A stretch of 32,000 nt of DNA from positions 360,001 to 392,000 of the forward strand of contig CP025011.1 in NCBI GenBank assembly GCA_002952755.1, read 5' to 3'. This document shows positions 1 to 8,327 of this stretch, one piece after another (the stretch's first letter is position 1; each line of letters begins with the position of its first letter). A program made the translations under genes and the position numbers. The DNA is from Candidatus Saccharimonadota bacterium. Its GTDB lineage: Bacteria > Patescibacteriota > Saccharimonadia > Saccharimonadales > UBA4665. The notes beneath the pieces were generated by a model, which searched no databases, was not told the origin of the DNA, and saw only the letters and a program-made list of their open reading frames with translations.

Positions 1-17
1 AACCCCAACGTTTTACG

Positions 18-461
18 TTGTTATCTGTAGTGAACGGTTTAGAGAAGGCTGTCTTAGCAGATCGGTCCGTAGCTGAAGGGGCAAGAGTGGCTTTTGACCG
101 GGAGAGCTGGCTGCCTTCAGACGAAGCTGCAGCAGAGATTTTTGAGGCGCACCGACCTCATCGGCGCTATCTGCGCGGCATTGAGGGGTTGCGTACCTAT
201 TTAGCCGAAGTGCAGGCGCAGGAGACGGACAGCCCCGAGCCGCTCTATCCCCATCAAGAGCAGGGCCTAAGAGACATTATTGGAGATCTTGAATCTCATG
301 ATCCTTTTGCTGAGTCAACGCAAGGGGCATATTTTAATGTTGCCGGTGGGGGCGGTAAGAGCCGGATGATTGCGATGACCGCGGCAGGCTTTAAGCGATG
401 TGAGGATCCCAGGGATCCCAACCGGGTATTGATTATCGCCGGTGATAGAACAGGGGGTTAA
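18..461 (+). CDS. SF2 (DEAD/DEAH-like) helicase, N-terminal fragment carrying Walker A; probably the 5' part of a frameshifted gene
   Basis: Motif I-like NVAGGGGKSRM. The frame has no stop back to position 3, so the true start may lie outside the window (TTG at 18 is only the first listed start). It ends at TAA 459-461 after VLIIAGDRTGG, exactly where helicase motif Ia is expected. Confidence 0.5.
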   Translation: MLSVVNGLEKAVLADRSVAEGARVAFDRESWLPSDEAAAEIFEAHRPHRRYLRGIEGLRTYLAEVQAQETDSPEPLYPHQEQGLRDIIGDLESHDPFAESTQGAYFNVAGGGGKSRMIAMTAAGFKRCEDPRDPNRVLIIAGDRTGG

Positions 462-1773
462 AGAATTGCGGGGTGCGGATGGTGCAAGCGGCTTAGGCAA
501 GTATGCGCCCCATCTCAAACCGGGAATAGTCGACAAAGATCATAAGCAAGGCAACGAAGAGGTAGTGATTACTACTCCTCAATCAGTGCTTGCGATGCTC
601 AAAGCAGATCCAGAATCGTTAGAGGCCTACGACATTATCTTAAGTGACGAAACACAAGGGCTACTCGGGGAGGTTACTCAGGCTGCATTTAGCGGAGTTA
701 AGCGCCGCACGTACGGATTCACCGGTTCGCCTAGCCTAAGTCGTAAGAGGAGTGTATCCGACTTCCTACAATATGAAATCGGTACTCTTGAGAGGCGGGA
801 GCTTGTTGTGAGTGGCAACGGGTCGCCGGTGCAACATTGGATTTGCCGGACAGGCGAAACGGTATATCGCGACAGCTCTGAGGGTGATTTTACTCAGGCC
901 GAGCGAGCTCGTGTTGCAAACAGCAACATACGTCATCAGCTGGCTGCCGACATCGGTAGGGCATTTTTAAGGGATGGCCGGCGGGTTGCCTTCTCATGTA
1001 ACACCATCGATGAGGCTAATGCGTTCGCTGAGATGATGAGCGAACCTATTGATCTGCCCGACGGAAGTCAGCTCTCAGTCAAGACGGTATCTGTGCATGG
1101 TGGTAAGACAGATAATCACGAAACATTCCGTGCTTTGCAGGCAGGCGAGATCCAGGCCGTTACCTTCGTAGATATACATACTGGGTGGAACGTACCGGCC
1201 CTTTCCTGTATGGTCAACTTACGTGTAACAAATTCAGAAATGATAGCTGGCCAGCGTGCGGCTCGGACGTCGCGACGTACATACGACGAGCAGGGCAATC
1301 TGATTACCGCGCAGATTGTCGACTTAAGTGATACCGTCAAGGTCGGTCGCCGAGAAACAGGTAAAGCTCTGCGGTTTAGAAGGGGGCAGATCTTGTCTCC
1401 CGCCCTTTTTGGGGAAACCACTTATAGCGCCGGCAAAGTAATCGCCGATCCGCGTACTGATGGCATGCGTAGAGATTTTAGACTAGACCAGTTCCCCCCT
1501 CACATCCAAAAGCTAGTTATGGCTGTGAGTGGCGCTAGCCTCGTCAATATTCCTGTTTTTGAAGTGCACGCCAGTCGCAAAGAGGTGGCGCCCGAGGGCT
1601 TTGTAACTCGATTCGAGGCGGCCTATGGGATCGGAGTAACGGCGACGCAATTAGTGATTGGCCTGGAGGCTATAGGCAAGACGACTGCGAGGTATATAGA
1701 TGAGGAGACAATGGACGGACTTGAGAAACATTTCGAGGATAAAGGGCGCCGAGTCTTGCGCGGCCTGCCTTAG
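442..1773 (+). CDS. SF2 helicase, C-terminal portion (motifs Ia to VI) plus an unknown extension of about 130 aa
   Basis: IEQGVKEL (Ia-like), VVITTPQS (Ib), DIILSDETQ (motif II, DExx), FTGSPS (III), HTGWNVP (V), QRAARTSRR (VI). This frame opens only at 433, after TGA 430-432. The listed start is GTG 442. Confidence 0.6.
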   Translation: MIEQGVKELRGADGASGLGKYAPHLKPGIVDKDHKQGNEEVVITTPQSVLAMLKADPESLEAYDIILSDETQGLLGEVTQAAFSGVKRRTYGFTGSPSLSRKRSVSDFLQYEIGTLERRELVVSGNGSPVQHWICRTGETVYRDSSEGDFTQAERARVANSNIRHQLAADIGRAFLRDGRRVAFSCNTIDEANAFAEMMSEPIDLPDGSQLSVKTVSVHGGKTDNHETFRALQAGEIQAVTFVDIHTGWNVPALSCMVNLRVTNSEMIAGQRAARTSRRTYDEQGNLITAQIVDLSDTVKVGRRETGKALRFRRGQILSPALFGETTYSAGKVIADPRTDGMRRDFRLDQFPPHIQKLVMAVSGASLVNIPVFEVHASRKEVAPEGFVTRFEAAYGIGVTATQLVIGLEAIGKTTARYIDEETMDGLEKHFEDKGRRVLRGLP

Positions 1774-2384
1774 AGTAAGTGGTGTAGCCGGTCGCTGAAG
1801 CTGGCCGGTTTGTTGCCCTGGCAGGCGGCTGGGTCTTTGCCAACATCGTAGGTAGCGGCAGAGGTCGACACGTGGCCGTATTCCTTTTGCAAGGTACTGC
1901 TAGAGGTATTGCCGTAGTCAACGACCAAGCGGTCTTTATCGTGAATCACTTCGTTGCTGATGTCCTGAAAAGCGTGGCTGTTGATAAGGTATTGTACCTG
2001 GTGGGTGTCGTCGGCTAGATACATCGTCTCGGCAGTTTTGATAAAACCGTCGCCCACCGCCCAATGCAGATTCTGGAAGAATGCTCCCCAGGTAACGGCC
2101 CGGTCATGCACGTGCACTACGTCGCCGACGTTATCGTGCATGTGCACCCGCTCATTTGGGGTGAGGATGGTGGAGACATTGCAGCTGGCACCGCCTTTTT
2201 CCTCGTAGTACAACGGGCTGTGAAAGGTCTCGCGCTGGCCATTTATATATATCGCAAAATTGGCGTGGTAGTGCACGCGCTCAGGACTGTAGGTGGCAAA
2301 ACGAAGGCCCAGTAGCAATAAAACGCCAATGGCAAAGCCTACACTCATCTGCGTCAGTGCCTGTTTAGTGAAGAGGGTTTTCAT
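1770..2384 (-). CDS. Membrane-anchored extracytoplasmic His-rich protein, function unknown (possible metal-binding)
   Basis: Start taken at ATG 2384 (MKTLFTKQALTQMSVGFAIGVLLLLGL, an N-terminal anchor) with GAAAGG upstream. His clusters VHYHANF and VHMHDNVGDVVHVHD. The 32-codon upstream extension of the tracked ORF was dropped. Confidence 0.6.
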   Translation of the reverse strand: MKTLFTKQALTQMSVGFAIGVLLLLGLRFATYSPERVHYHANFAIYINGQRETFHSPLYYEEKGGASCNVSTILTPNERVHMHDNVGDVVHVHDRAVTWGAFFQNLHWAVGDGFIKTAETMYLADDTHQVQYLINSHAFQDISNEVIHDKDRLVVDYGNTSSSTLQKEYGHVSTSAATYDVGKDPAACQGNKPASFSDRLHHLL

Positions 2385-2535
2385 AGGTATGGCCTTTCTG
2401 TCTTTTAAGTATACCCTGGACGAGCAGACGAATGTAGAATGTGCGCTATAATCAATAGCGTATTCAGCTTGAGGCAACACTCAAAAAGCACAAACATTTG
2501 TAACTTTTAGGCTCGGTGCGCAGTATATAAGGTAT

Positions 2536-3360
2536 ATGCAAAACGAAAAACTCCCCACACAAACCATAGAGACAATTCTGGCCGATAATTATCAGGGCGA
2601 TACGGCTGCATTCCTGCGTGATCTGGATATGTACGTTCGGACCCGTAAGCCGATGCCTGTCCATAAGACTTCGGTGCCGACAGGCCCCGTGCTGATTGAC
2701 CTGAAAAACGTTACGCGCACATATAAACTCAACCGCAAAAATACGGTTACAGCAGTGAATAACGCCAGTCTAAGCGTGCACGAGGGCGAAATTGTAGCCC
2801 TCACCGGACCGAGCGGCAGTGGCAAAAGCACGCTTATGCACCTGATTGCCGGCTTAGACCGGCCAAGCGCCGGCGATGTGGTGGTAGATGGCCGGTCTAT
2901 CGGACACTTGCATGAAGGCGCGCTCGCTACCTATCGCAATCAGATGGTGGGTATCGTCTTTCAGTTTTTCTATCTACAGCCATTCTTAAAGGTGAATCGT
3001 AATATTGAGGTGCCGCTGATGTTTGCCCGTACCAAACGCAAGACTCGCCTACCCGCCATCCAGAAGGTGGTTGATGCGGTGAGCCTGGGCGACCGCGCAG
3101 CGTTCTTGCCAAAAGAACTCTCTGGCGGACAAATGCAGCGCGTGGCAATTGCCCGGGCGCTGGTGAACAAGCCGAAGATCTTGCTGGCAGATGAGCCGAC
3201 AGGCAATCTGGATTCCAAAAATAGTGACGCTATTATGAGCCTGCTCCAGGGCATCCGAGAGACTTTGGGCACCACCATGATTATTGTGACGCATGATCCG
3301 CGCGTGGCCGCCTGGGCTGATCGCGTTATTCGCTTAGAGGACGGGAAAGTAATAGCATGA
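2536..3360 (+). CDS. ABC transporter ATP-binding protein (MacB/LolD-like)
   Basis: Walker A GPSGSGKSTL, signature LSGGQMQRVAIARAL, Walker B ILLADEPTGNLD, H-loop VTHD. The roughly 50-aa N-terminal leader is unusual, so the start could be Met32 or Met40. Confidence 0.9.
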   Translation: MQNEKLPTQTIETILADNYQGDTAAFLRDLDMYVRTRKPMPVHKTSVPTGPVLIDLKNVTRTYKLNRKNTVTAVNNASLSVHEGEIVALTGPSGSGKSTLMHLIAGLDRPSAGDVVVDGRSIGHLHEGALATYRNQMVGIVFQFFYLQPFLKVNRNIEVPLMFARTKRKTRLPAIQKVVDAVSLGDRAAFLPKELSGGQMQRVAIARALVNKPKILLADEPTGNLDSKNSDAIMSLLQGIRETLGTTMIIVTHDPRVAAWADRVIRLEDGKVIA

Positions 3361-5159
3361 AGGTAATCGACGCTTACATTCTAGCCGCTACCAAGCGCAA
3401 GACTCGTCGTATCCGTACCGGCCTAGTGGTGGTAGTAAGTTCGCTCCTTTTTGCGATCCTCTTCTTTGGTGCATTTGTAGCCAAGGGTGTATTGGACGCC
3501 AGCTCGCAGGTAAAAGATGTAGGTTTTAACGGTCGCAATCTGGTTAGTATCTCGGCCACTGGCGGAGGGGCTAGCGAGGATTTTAAAGCGGAAACCGATA
3601 AGATTCATGCTGACATGGACGCCGAGTTGCGGGCGAAAGGCGTGAAAGTAACCGACGATACGCGTCAAGACGCCAGCTACACCAGTGAGTTTGCACGACG
3701 CATGCAAGCTCAAAGCGTTCAGCAAGCTTCTGCCGCCCAGCAGCAACTCACCGATAGCGTTACGCATCTAGGTAAACCAACGGCTATGTATCACTTCGCG
3801 CCGATGAGCTTAGCGGGCGACGCTGTGTATCAGCCAAGCCCACAGGCCGACCCATATGCCGATAAGCTCAAGCAAGAGCAAGAGGCCGGTGGGGTCGCGC
3901 CGCACACCGATCCCTCCGACCAGTTGGGCGGCTTTCAGTTTTATAACGTTGAACAGGCAATGCTGCGCACGCAATTACAACCGGGACAGAATGGAGCGTG
4001 GAAGCCGGGTGAACCATATCCGCTCTTTATCTCGTATGCCTACCTTGAGAAGTTGTCTGGCCGATCGTTTGCCAAAGTAGATGCAGCTGCCCACAACAAA
4101 GGCTACCGCGATCTGATGAAACAATATGCCGGCAAGACGCTTAATTATTGCTATCGCAACGCTGTGGCGCAACAGCAGCTGCAGCAGGTAGAGATCTATA
4201 ATTACAAAGCGGCGCACGATACCGACAAGGCGACCAATCCAGTGGATGTGCCGCTGTGCGGCGGCTTTGATCAAGCATTGCTCAAAAAGATCGGCGTGAT
4301 TAGCGATCCTGATCCAAACGCGCCAAAACCGCTCTTTGCAGCTCCGGCTTCGCCTGCGCCGCACACCCAGGAGATCGCCTTTAAAATAGTCGGGTATGTC
4401 CCAAGCCAATCGCAATATAGCGGAGGCGATATCGTCAGCCGTGTAGTGACCGATGTAAATCAGCTGCCGGGGAATAGCGAAATGGGTATTATCCCGAGTG
4501 AGGTGGTAGCGCAGGATTCGGTGCTCCAGCCAGAACCCGATTCGTTCTATGGGCAGTTCTATGCACTCTTCGCCGATTTTGCGACCCGTGCAGAGGAGAA
4601 GGCTTTTATCGCCCAAGGTTGTACTGGTAACGAGTGTGGCAGCCCCAAGAATACCAAGCCATATGTTATGCCGTTCGGCAGCATCAGCTTTGCCCTAGAA
4701 AAGATTTTTCACCGCGCCTCACAATTCCTGTTTATCGGTGTCGTTGGTATTATGGCCGTTGCCGCACTTTTGATCATGTTTACTATTAGCAAAGTCATTG
4801 CCGATAGCACCAAAGAGATTGCCGTGTTCCGCTCCCTGGGTGCCCGCCGTAGGGACATCGCCGAGATCTACTACCTCTATGGACTTATGCTAGCTATTGC
4901 CGGGCTCGTCCTCGCCTTAGTATTAGCAATCATTGGCGCAGAGGTGGTCACATCGATGTACGCTACCAGCATTAGCAATTCGTTCGTACAGACAGTTGGC
5001 GCTTACAACACTGGTATGCACGTACATCTGTTAGGCGTTCGTTGGCTTTGGATCGGCGGCGCAATAGCTGCACTGCTTATATCAGCTTTCATTGGCATAA
5101 CTATACCGATTATCGCCAGCTTACGCCGCAAGCTGATTACGATCTTGCGCGAAGAATAG
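3357..5159 (+). CDS. ABC transporter permease, FtsX/MacB type, with an oversized extracytoplasmic domain
   Basis: ATGA overlap with the ATPase gene. N-terminal TM (LVVVVSSLLFAILFFGAFVA), about 430 aa of hydrophilic sequence, then an FtsX-like 3-TM module (IAVFRSLGARRRDIAEIYYLYGLMLAIAGLVLALVLAIIG). Confidence 0.8.
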   Translation: MKVIDAYILAATKRKTRRIRTGLVVVVSSLLFAILFFGAFVAKGVLDASSQVKDVGFNGRNLVSISATGGGASEDFKAETDKIHADMDAELRAKGVKVTDDTRQDASYTSEFARRMQAQSVQQASAAQQQLTDSVTHLGKPTAMYHFAPMSLAGDAVYQPSPQADPYADKLKQEQEAGGVAPHTDPSDQLGGFQFYNVEQAMLRTQLQPGQNGAWKPGEPYPLFISYAYLEKLSGRSFAKVDAAAHNKGYRDLMKQYAGKTLNYCYRNAVAQQQLQQVEIYNYKAAHDTDKATNPVDVPLCGGFDQALLKKIGVISDPDPNAPKPLFAAPASPAPHTQEIAFKIVGYVPSQSQYSGGDIVSRVVTDVNQLPGNSEMGIIPSEVVAQDSVLQPEPDSFYGQFYALFADFATRAEEKAFIAQGCTGNECGSPKNTKPYVMPFGSISFALEKIFHRASQFLFIGVVGIMAVAALLIMFTISKVIADSTKEIAVFRSLGARRRDIAEIYYLYGLMLAIAGLVLALVLAIIGAEVVTSMYATSISNSFVQTVGAYNTGMHVHLLGVRWLWIGGAIAALLISAFIGITIPIIASLRRKLITILREE

Positions 5160-5164
5160 CGCAG

Positions 5165-6103
5165 TTATCTGCGATGCACATCAACGTAGGCGTCGGGTTC
5201 GACATGCACTTTCATGCCTTCGCCAGTGGCCTCAATTGCTTCTTTGATCTTCTCAACGGCCGTCTCTACTTGGTCGGTACTGAGCCTATCGCGTAAATGC
5301 ACATCGATATCCACCAGGAGTTTATCAGAACTGAGCACCATGGTTCGCAGTCCCAACACATGCTCAACCTCTGGTATGTCGCGTGCAGCATCGCGGATAC
5401 GGCGCTCTGTTTCTAGGGGGGCGCTTTGGCCGGTTACAAACGTACGTACGCTCATAGGGACGATGATAGCGAACAGCGCCAGCACCACACCCATCAACAT
5501 GGCGGCGACGCCCTCTACCTGTGAGACATCACCGGTCACTTTGTATAGTACGAGCCCAACGATACCAAACAAACCGGTGGTGACACCCATCACATCGAGC
5601 ACGACCGTGGTTTTGGCGGCGATCACCGGCGAGGTGACAAATGCCTTCCAGGCATGACGTACCGGCTGGCCATCGAGCAACCTGCTGAGGCTCTGTTGAA
5701 ACGAGTAGAGGTTGCCAACGAGCGCTACAACTAACACCGCAATCGCAGGCAGCACGTGATGAATGCTGCCTGGATTGATCAGCTGGCTATAGCCGCGTCC
5801 AATAGCAATAACGGCTACAGCGGCCACCAGTACGAAGACGGCGAATGTCAGCCAATAGTAGAGCTCCTTACCAAACCCAAATGGATGGAGCTTGGTTGGT
5901 CGCTTGTTGGCATATTTTCGCCCATACAGCAGCATGCTGGCAGAGCCGAGCTCGGCTAAGCTTTGAAAGGCAGCTACCAACATCACGGCACTGCCAGTGA
6001 GAATCGCGAACGCGGTACTCAATATCAGATTACCCAGATCAATATATAGCGAAGCCGCCAGTACCCGTTTGGTTTTGAGACTGCGCTGTCGTGTTTCTTC
6101 CAT
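5165..6103 (-). CDS. Cation diffusion facilitator (CDF) family transporter
   Basis: Six predicted TM helices followed by a C-terminal cytoplasmic domain. The HPFGFGKELYYW motif after TM2 is typical of CDF proteins. SD AAAGAGGG lies 7 nt upstream of the ATG. Confidence 0.75.
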   Translation of the reverse strand: MEETRQRSLKTKRVLAASLYIDLGNLILSTAFAILTGSAVMLVAAFQSLAELGSASMLLYGRKYANKRPTKLHPFGFGKELYYWLTFAVFVLVAAVAVIAIGRGYSQLINPGSIHHVLPAIAVLVVALVGNLYSFQQSLSRLLDGQPVRHAWKAFVTSPVIAAKTTVVLDVMGVTTGLFGIVGLVLYKVTGDVSQVEGVAAMLMGVVLALFAIIVPMSVRTFVTGQSAPLETERRIRDAARDIPEVEHVLGLRTMVLSSDKLLVDIDVHLRDRLSTDQVETAVEKIKEAIEATGEGMKVHVEPDAYVDVHRR

Positions 6104-6150
6104 AGTATAGCCCTCTTTATTTTGACTATAGCAAGGACGCTGCTAAAGCA

Positions 6151-6675
6151 CTAGGGGGTCGGGGAGTCTAAAGGTATGGGAACGGCCGGGATCTGCATGC
6201 TCCACTGCCCGTACGCTTCATGATTTTCAGGACTACTAAAATTATCTAAAACGTCGTCCGTTGCGGCTGCTATCCAATCCTCTGGTATTTCGCCCAGGTC
6301 AAGCGGATTCGAACCAACCACGAGTGAGGTGTTATCAGAGCTTGGATAAAAAGTGTAGATATCTCCCTCCTGAGAGCAGACATAGCCAGGGGATAGTTTG
6401 TCCGTTCTAAGAACCATTGGTTGAATGACCCAGCCCCGTCCTATCTCGGCATGCAGAATAGAGAGGCCTAGGTCAGTGTTATTCTCTTTGTATGTATGGG
6501 GGTTAGCAATAATAAGTGTAGATGGTAGTCCTTTTTCTATTGCGTCAGTTATGAATACGCGTAAAAGTGCTTCATTTACCGGCCGCACATCGTCTTCGTT
6601 TACGCTTACTCGTGTACCTTTTTCGAATGACATAGTTGATGTACTATCGCACTGCATTGACTCATAGTCAAGCAT
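6151..6675 (-). CDS. Hypothetical protein (about 174 aa; start uncertain, alternatives at 6657 and 6633)
   Basis: This is only the 3' part of the tracked 345-aa ORF. Upstream of 6675 that ORF runs antisense through two tRNA genes and a terminator. I recognised no motifs. Confidence 0.45.
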   Translation of the reverse strand: MLDYESMQCDSTSTMSFEKGTRVSVNEDDVRPVNEALLRVFITDAIEKGLPSTLIIANPHTYKENNTDLGLSILHAEIGRGWVIQPMVLRTDKLSPGYVCSQEGDIYTFYPSSDNTSLVVGSNPLDLGEIPEDWIAAATDDVLDNFSSPENHEAYGQWSMQIPAVPIPLDSPTP

Positions 6676-6690
6676 ATCGTCTATAACATC

Positions 6691-6719
6691 TAGGCAATGG
6701 AGGCTATTGACGCTATAAT
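6691..6719 (+). promoter_or_regulatory. Candidate sigma70-type promoter for the tRNA pair (TAGGCA, 17 nt spacer, TATAAT)
   Basis: Perfect -10 TATAAT at 6714-6719 and a 4/6 -35 at 6691-6696 with a 17-nt spacer, about 70 nt upstream of tRNA-Cys. Sequence pattern only. Confidence 0.25.
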
Positions 6720-6787
6720 TCGACGGTGTTCTAGTCTTCGATTGGCTTTGCAAATTTAGAAGCTTCCGGAGCGCTCCAGGAAAATAT

Positions 6788-6861
6788 GGCGCCTTGGCGG
6801 AGTGGTTACGCAGAGGTCTGCAAAACCTTTTACACCGGTTCAATTCCGGTAGGCGCCTCCA
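6788..6861 (+). tRNA. tRNA-Cys (anticodon GCA), CCA encoded
   Basis: Hand-folded cloverleaf: acceptor GGCGCCT/AGGCGCC, anticodon stem GAGGT/ACCTT with loop CTGCAAA, T arm ACCGG-TTCAATT-CCGGT, discriminator T followed by CCA. 74 nt. Confidence 0.9.
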
Positions 6862-6894
6862 ACAGACTATATGTCTGAGGTTGTATACGGCACG

Positions 6895-6980
6895 CGCGGG
6901 TGGTGGAATTGGTAGACACGAGGGACTTAAAATCCCTTGCCTAAACAGCGTGCGGGTTCGATTCCCGCCCCGCGCACCAA
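6895..6980 (+). tRNA. tRNA-Leu (anticodon TAA), type II with long variable arm, CCA encoded
   Basis: Acceptor GCGCGGG/CCCGCGC, anticodon stem AGGGA/TCCCT with loop CTTAAAA, long variable arm, T arm GCGGG-TTCGATT-CCCGC, discriminator A followed by CCA. 86 nt. Confidence 0.9.
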
Positions 6981-7017
6981 AAAAGAACAGCTGGCATTGT
7001 CCAGCTGTTCTTTTTTG
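6981..7017. terminator. Bidirectional rho-independent terminator
   Basis: Perfect 11-bp stem AGAACAGCTGG / CCAGCTGTTCT (6985-6995 / 7002-7012) with loop CATTGT. An A5 tract lies upstream and a T6 tract downstream. It sits between the tRNA pair (+) and the 3' end of the GH6 gene (-). Confidence 0.85.
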
Positions 7018-7205
7018 GAAGCCGGAGCGGGTGTCGGCCCGTGAGGGCGAAGACAGCCAATGGCCGTCTGAGGTTGTGGCTTCCCGGATTTTAAAGTGGC
7101 ACATTGAGCAATTTTTATAGGCTATTAAAATATCAGTCAAGGATTTGGCGCTGGCTAGTATCAATCTTGCACCAAAGACGCCGCACAAGCCAAGTATTTT
7201 TACCT

Positions 7206-8327
7206 TTAGGGTTTATTGTTGGGGGCAAGCGATAATACATACTGAGGCCACCATACTCCTGCTTGCGGGGGTGCGGTATTAAGTTGGTGCGGGCCACAGT
7301 TACCATCTGATATACCCGGGTTTTTAATCCACAAGTAGGCATCGGCAAGCTTTTCGTCAGTAGTAAGTGTTGGTTTCTGGCCAAAGGCTCGGCCAGAGGG
7401 GTTGCACCAAGCTTCAGCGCCTGTAGCCGGTCCATTGCCATTTCTACTGGTGTCAATTATGTAGTGTTTGTTAGCAATTTGTTTTGAGATTGCATTGCCG
7501 TAGCTTATGTTTTCGGCTGTTGTGTGAAAGTTGGATACGTTAAGGCTAAAGCCAGTTGCTTTATCGACTCCAGCGCTTTTTAAGCGGTCAGCAATAATGT
7601 TGGCTGGTTCCCAGCCGGGATGGCCGGCATCCAGATAGACAGCGGCTTTTGTCTGGCCCGTAAGGGCGTTCACGGCATAGGCAAGCAATTGCAGATGTCC
7701 AGCTTGCTGGCTTTTCGTATAGCAACTCAGCTGATCTATGGCGTCAGGCTCAATAACGACGATTGCTCGGCGTTTACCAATCCCCGTTGCAAAATTGGTA
7801 ATCCAATTTTTATAGTCGTCGCTATTTGCTGCGCCGCCGCGTGAGTAGCTACCGCAGTCCCTCCCTGGAATATTATAGGCTACCAAGACAGGGATCTGAT
7901 TCGCGGCAAGCGCGTTGGAAACGTATCCATTAGTTGCAGATTGTATATCACCGCTCCACGCTCCAAACCAGTGCGCCATAGGAGTCGCCGCCAGGCTATT
8001 CATCGTGGCGGCGTCTTTGGGGGACTGTGTAGCCCAGGCCAAAGCAGCATGAGTAAGTGATGCATTTGGATCGACATACAAAGAAGCGGACCTATTGATA
8101 GCGGGTGGCCCGCCACTCACCGTCTGGCGTACCGCAGCTGAAGTGTGAGTTACCGAATGAGAAGGAAAAGGCTGTGTTAAAAAGAGCGACCCTTCAACGA
8201 TTACTATTACGGTGATGAGTATTGCCCCAAAACTAACCAAATGGCTCGCGATGAATAGGCGAAAACGGGAGCGACGGCTATTGTTTTTGCGCACGTGCAC
8301 CTGCCATAGTTTTGACTGAAGTGTCAA
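7206..8327 (-). CDS. Glycoside hydrolase family 6 (endoglucanase/cellobiohydrolase-type), N-terminally membrane-anchored
   Basis: GH6 signature-like motifs VLVAYNIPGRDCG and IVVIEPDAI, plus YLDAGHPGW, IDTSRNG, WCNPSGRAFG and YLWIKNPGISDG. N-terminal TM FRLFIASHLVSFGAILITVIVIV. ATG 8327 overlaps the upstream gene by 50 nt; in-frame GTG codons 9 and 11 codons downstream are alternative starts. Confidence 0.85.
   Translation of the reverse strand: MTLQSKLWQVHVRKNNSRRSRFRLFIASHLVSFGAILITVIVIVEGSLFLTQPFPSHSVTHTSAAVRQTVSGGPPAINRSASLYVDPNASLTHAALAWATQSPKDAATMNSLAATPMAHWFGAWSGDIQSATNGYVSNALAANQIPVLVAYNIPGRDCGSYSRGGAANSDDYKNWITNFATGIGKRRAIVVIEPDAIDQLSCYTKSQQAGHLQLLAYAVNALTGQTKAAVYLDAGHPGWEPANIIADRLKSAGVDKATGFSLNVSNFHTTAENISYGNAISKQIANKHYIIDTSRNGNGPATGAEAWCNPSGRAFGQKPTLTTDEKLADAYLWIKNPGISDGNCGPHQLNTAPPQAGVWWPQYVLSLAPNNKP

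Noticed and set aside
3975-4616. Long antisense ORFs inside well-supported genes (for example 3975..4616, 16926..17672, 19026..19706, 24998..25447, 30680..31348)
   Set aside because: These are shadow ORFs opposite genes with clear family motifs. Their Arg/Leu/Cys-rich composition has no motifs, which is expected at this GC content.
5160-5173. CGCAG-TTAT-CTGCG hairpin between the convergent permease and CDF genes
   Set aside because: It has only a 5-bp stem and no T tract, and the loop is the CDF stop codon. This is too weak to call a terminator.
7017-7090. Possible small structured RNA after the terminator (GGAAGCC ... GGCTTCC 7-bp pairing, AGGGCGAAGACAGCC vaguely like SRP RNA domain IV)
   Set aside because: The inner sequence does not fold into the SRP helix 8 pattern: there is no GNRA tetraloop closed by complementary pairs and no AGCAG motif. 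The pairing encloses an unstructured loop of about 54 nt.
6676-7188. Upstream two thirds of the 345-aa minus-strand ORF (6151..7188)
   Set aside because: It runs antisense through tRNA-Cys, tRNA-Leu and the strong terminator hairpin, and its sequence is low-complexity and Arg/Cys-rich. Only the 3' part (6151..6675) is kept as a possible gene.
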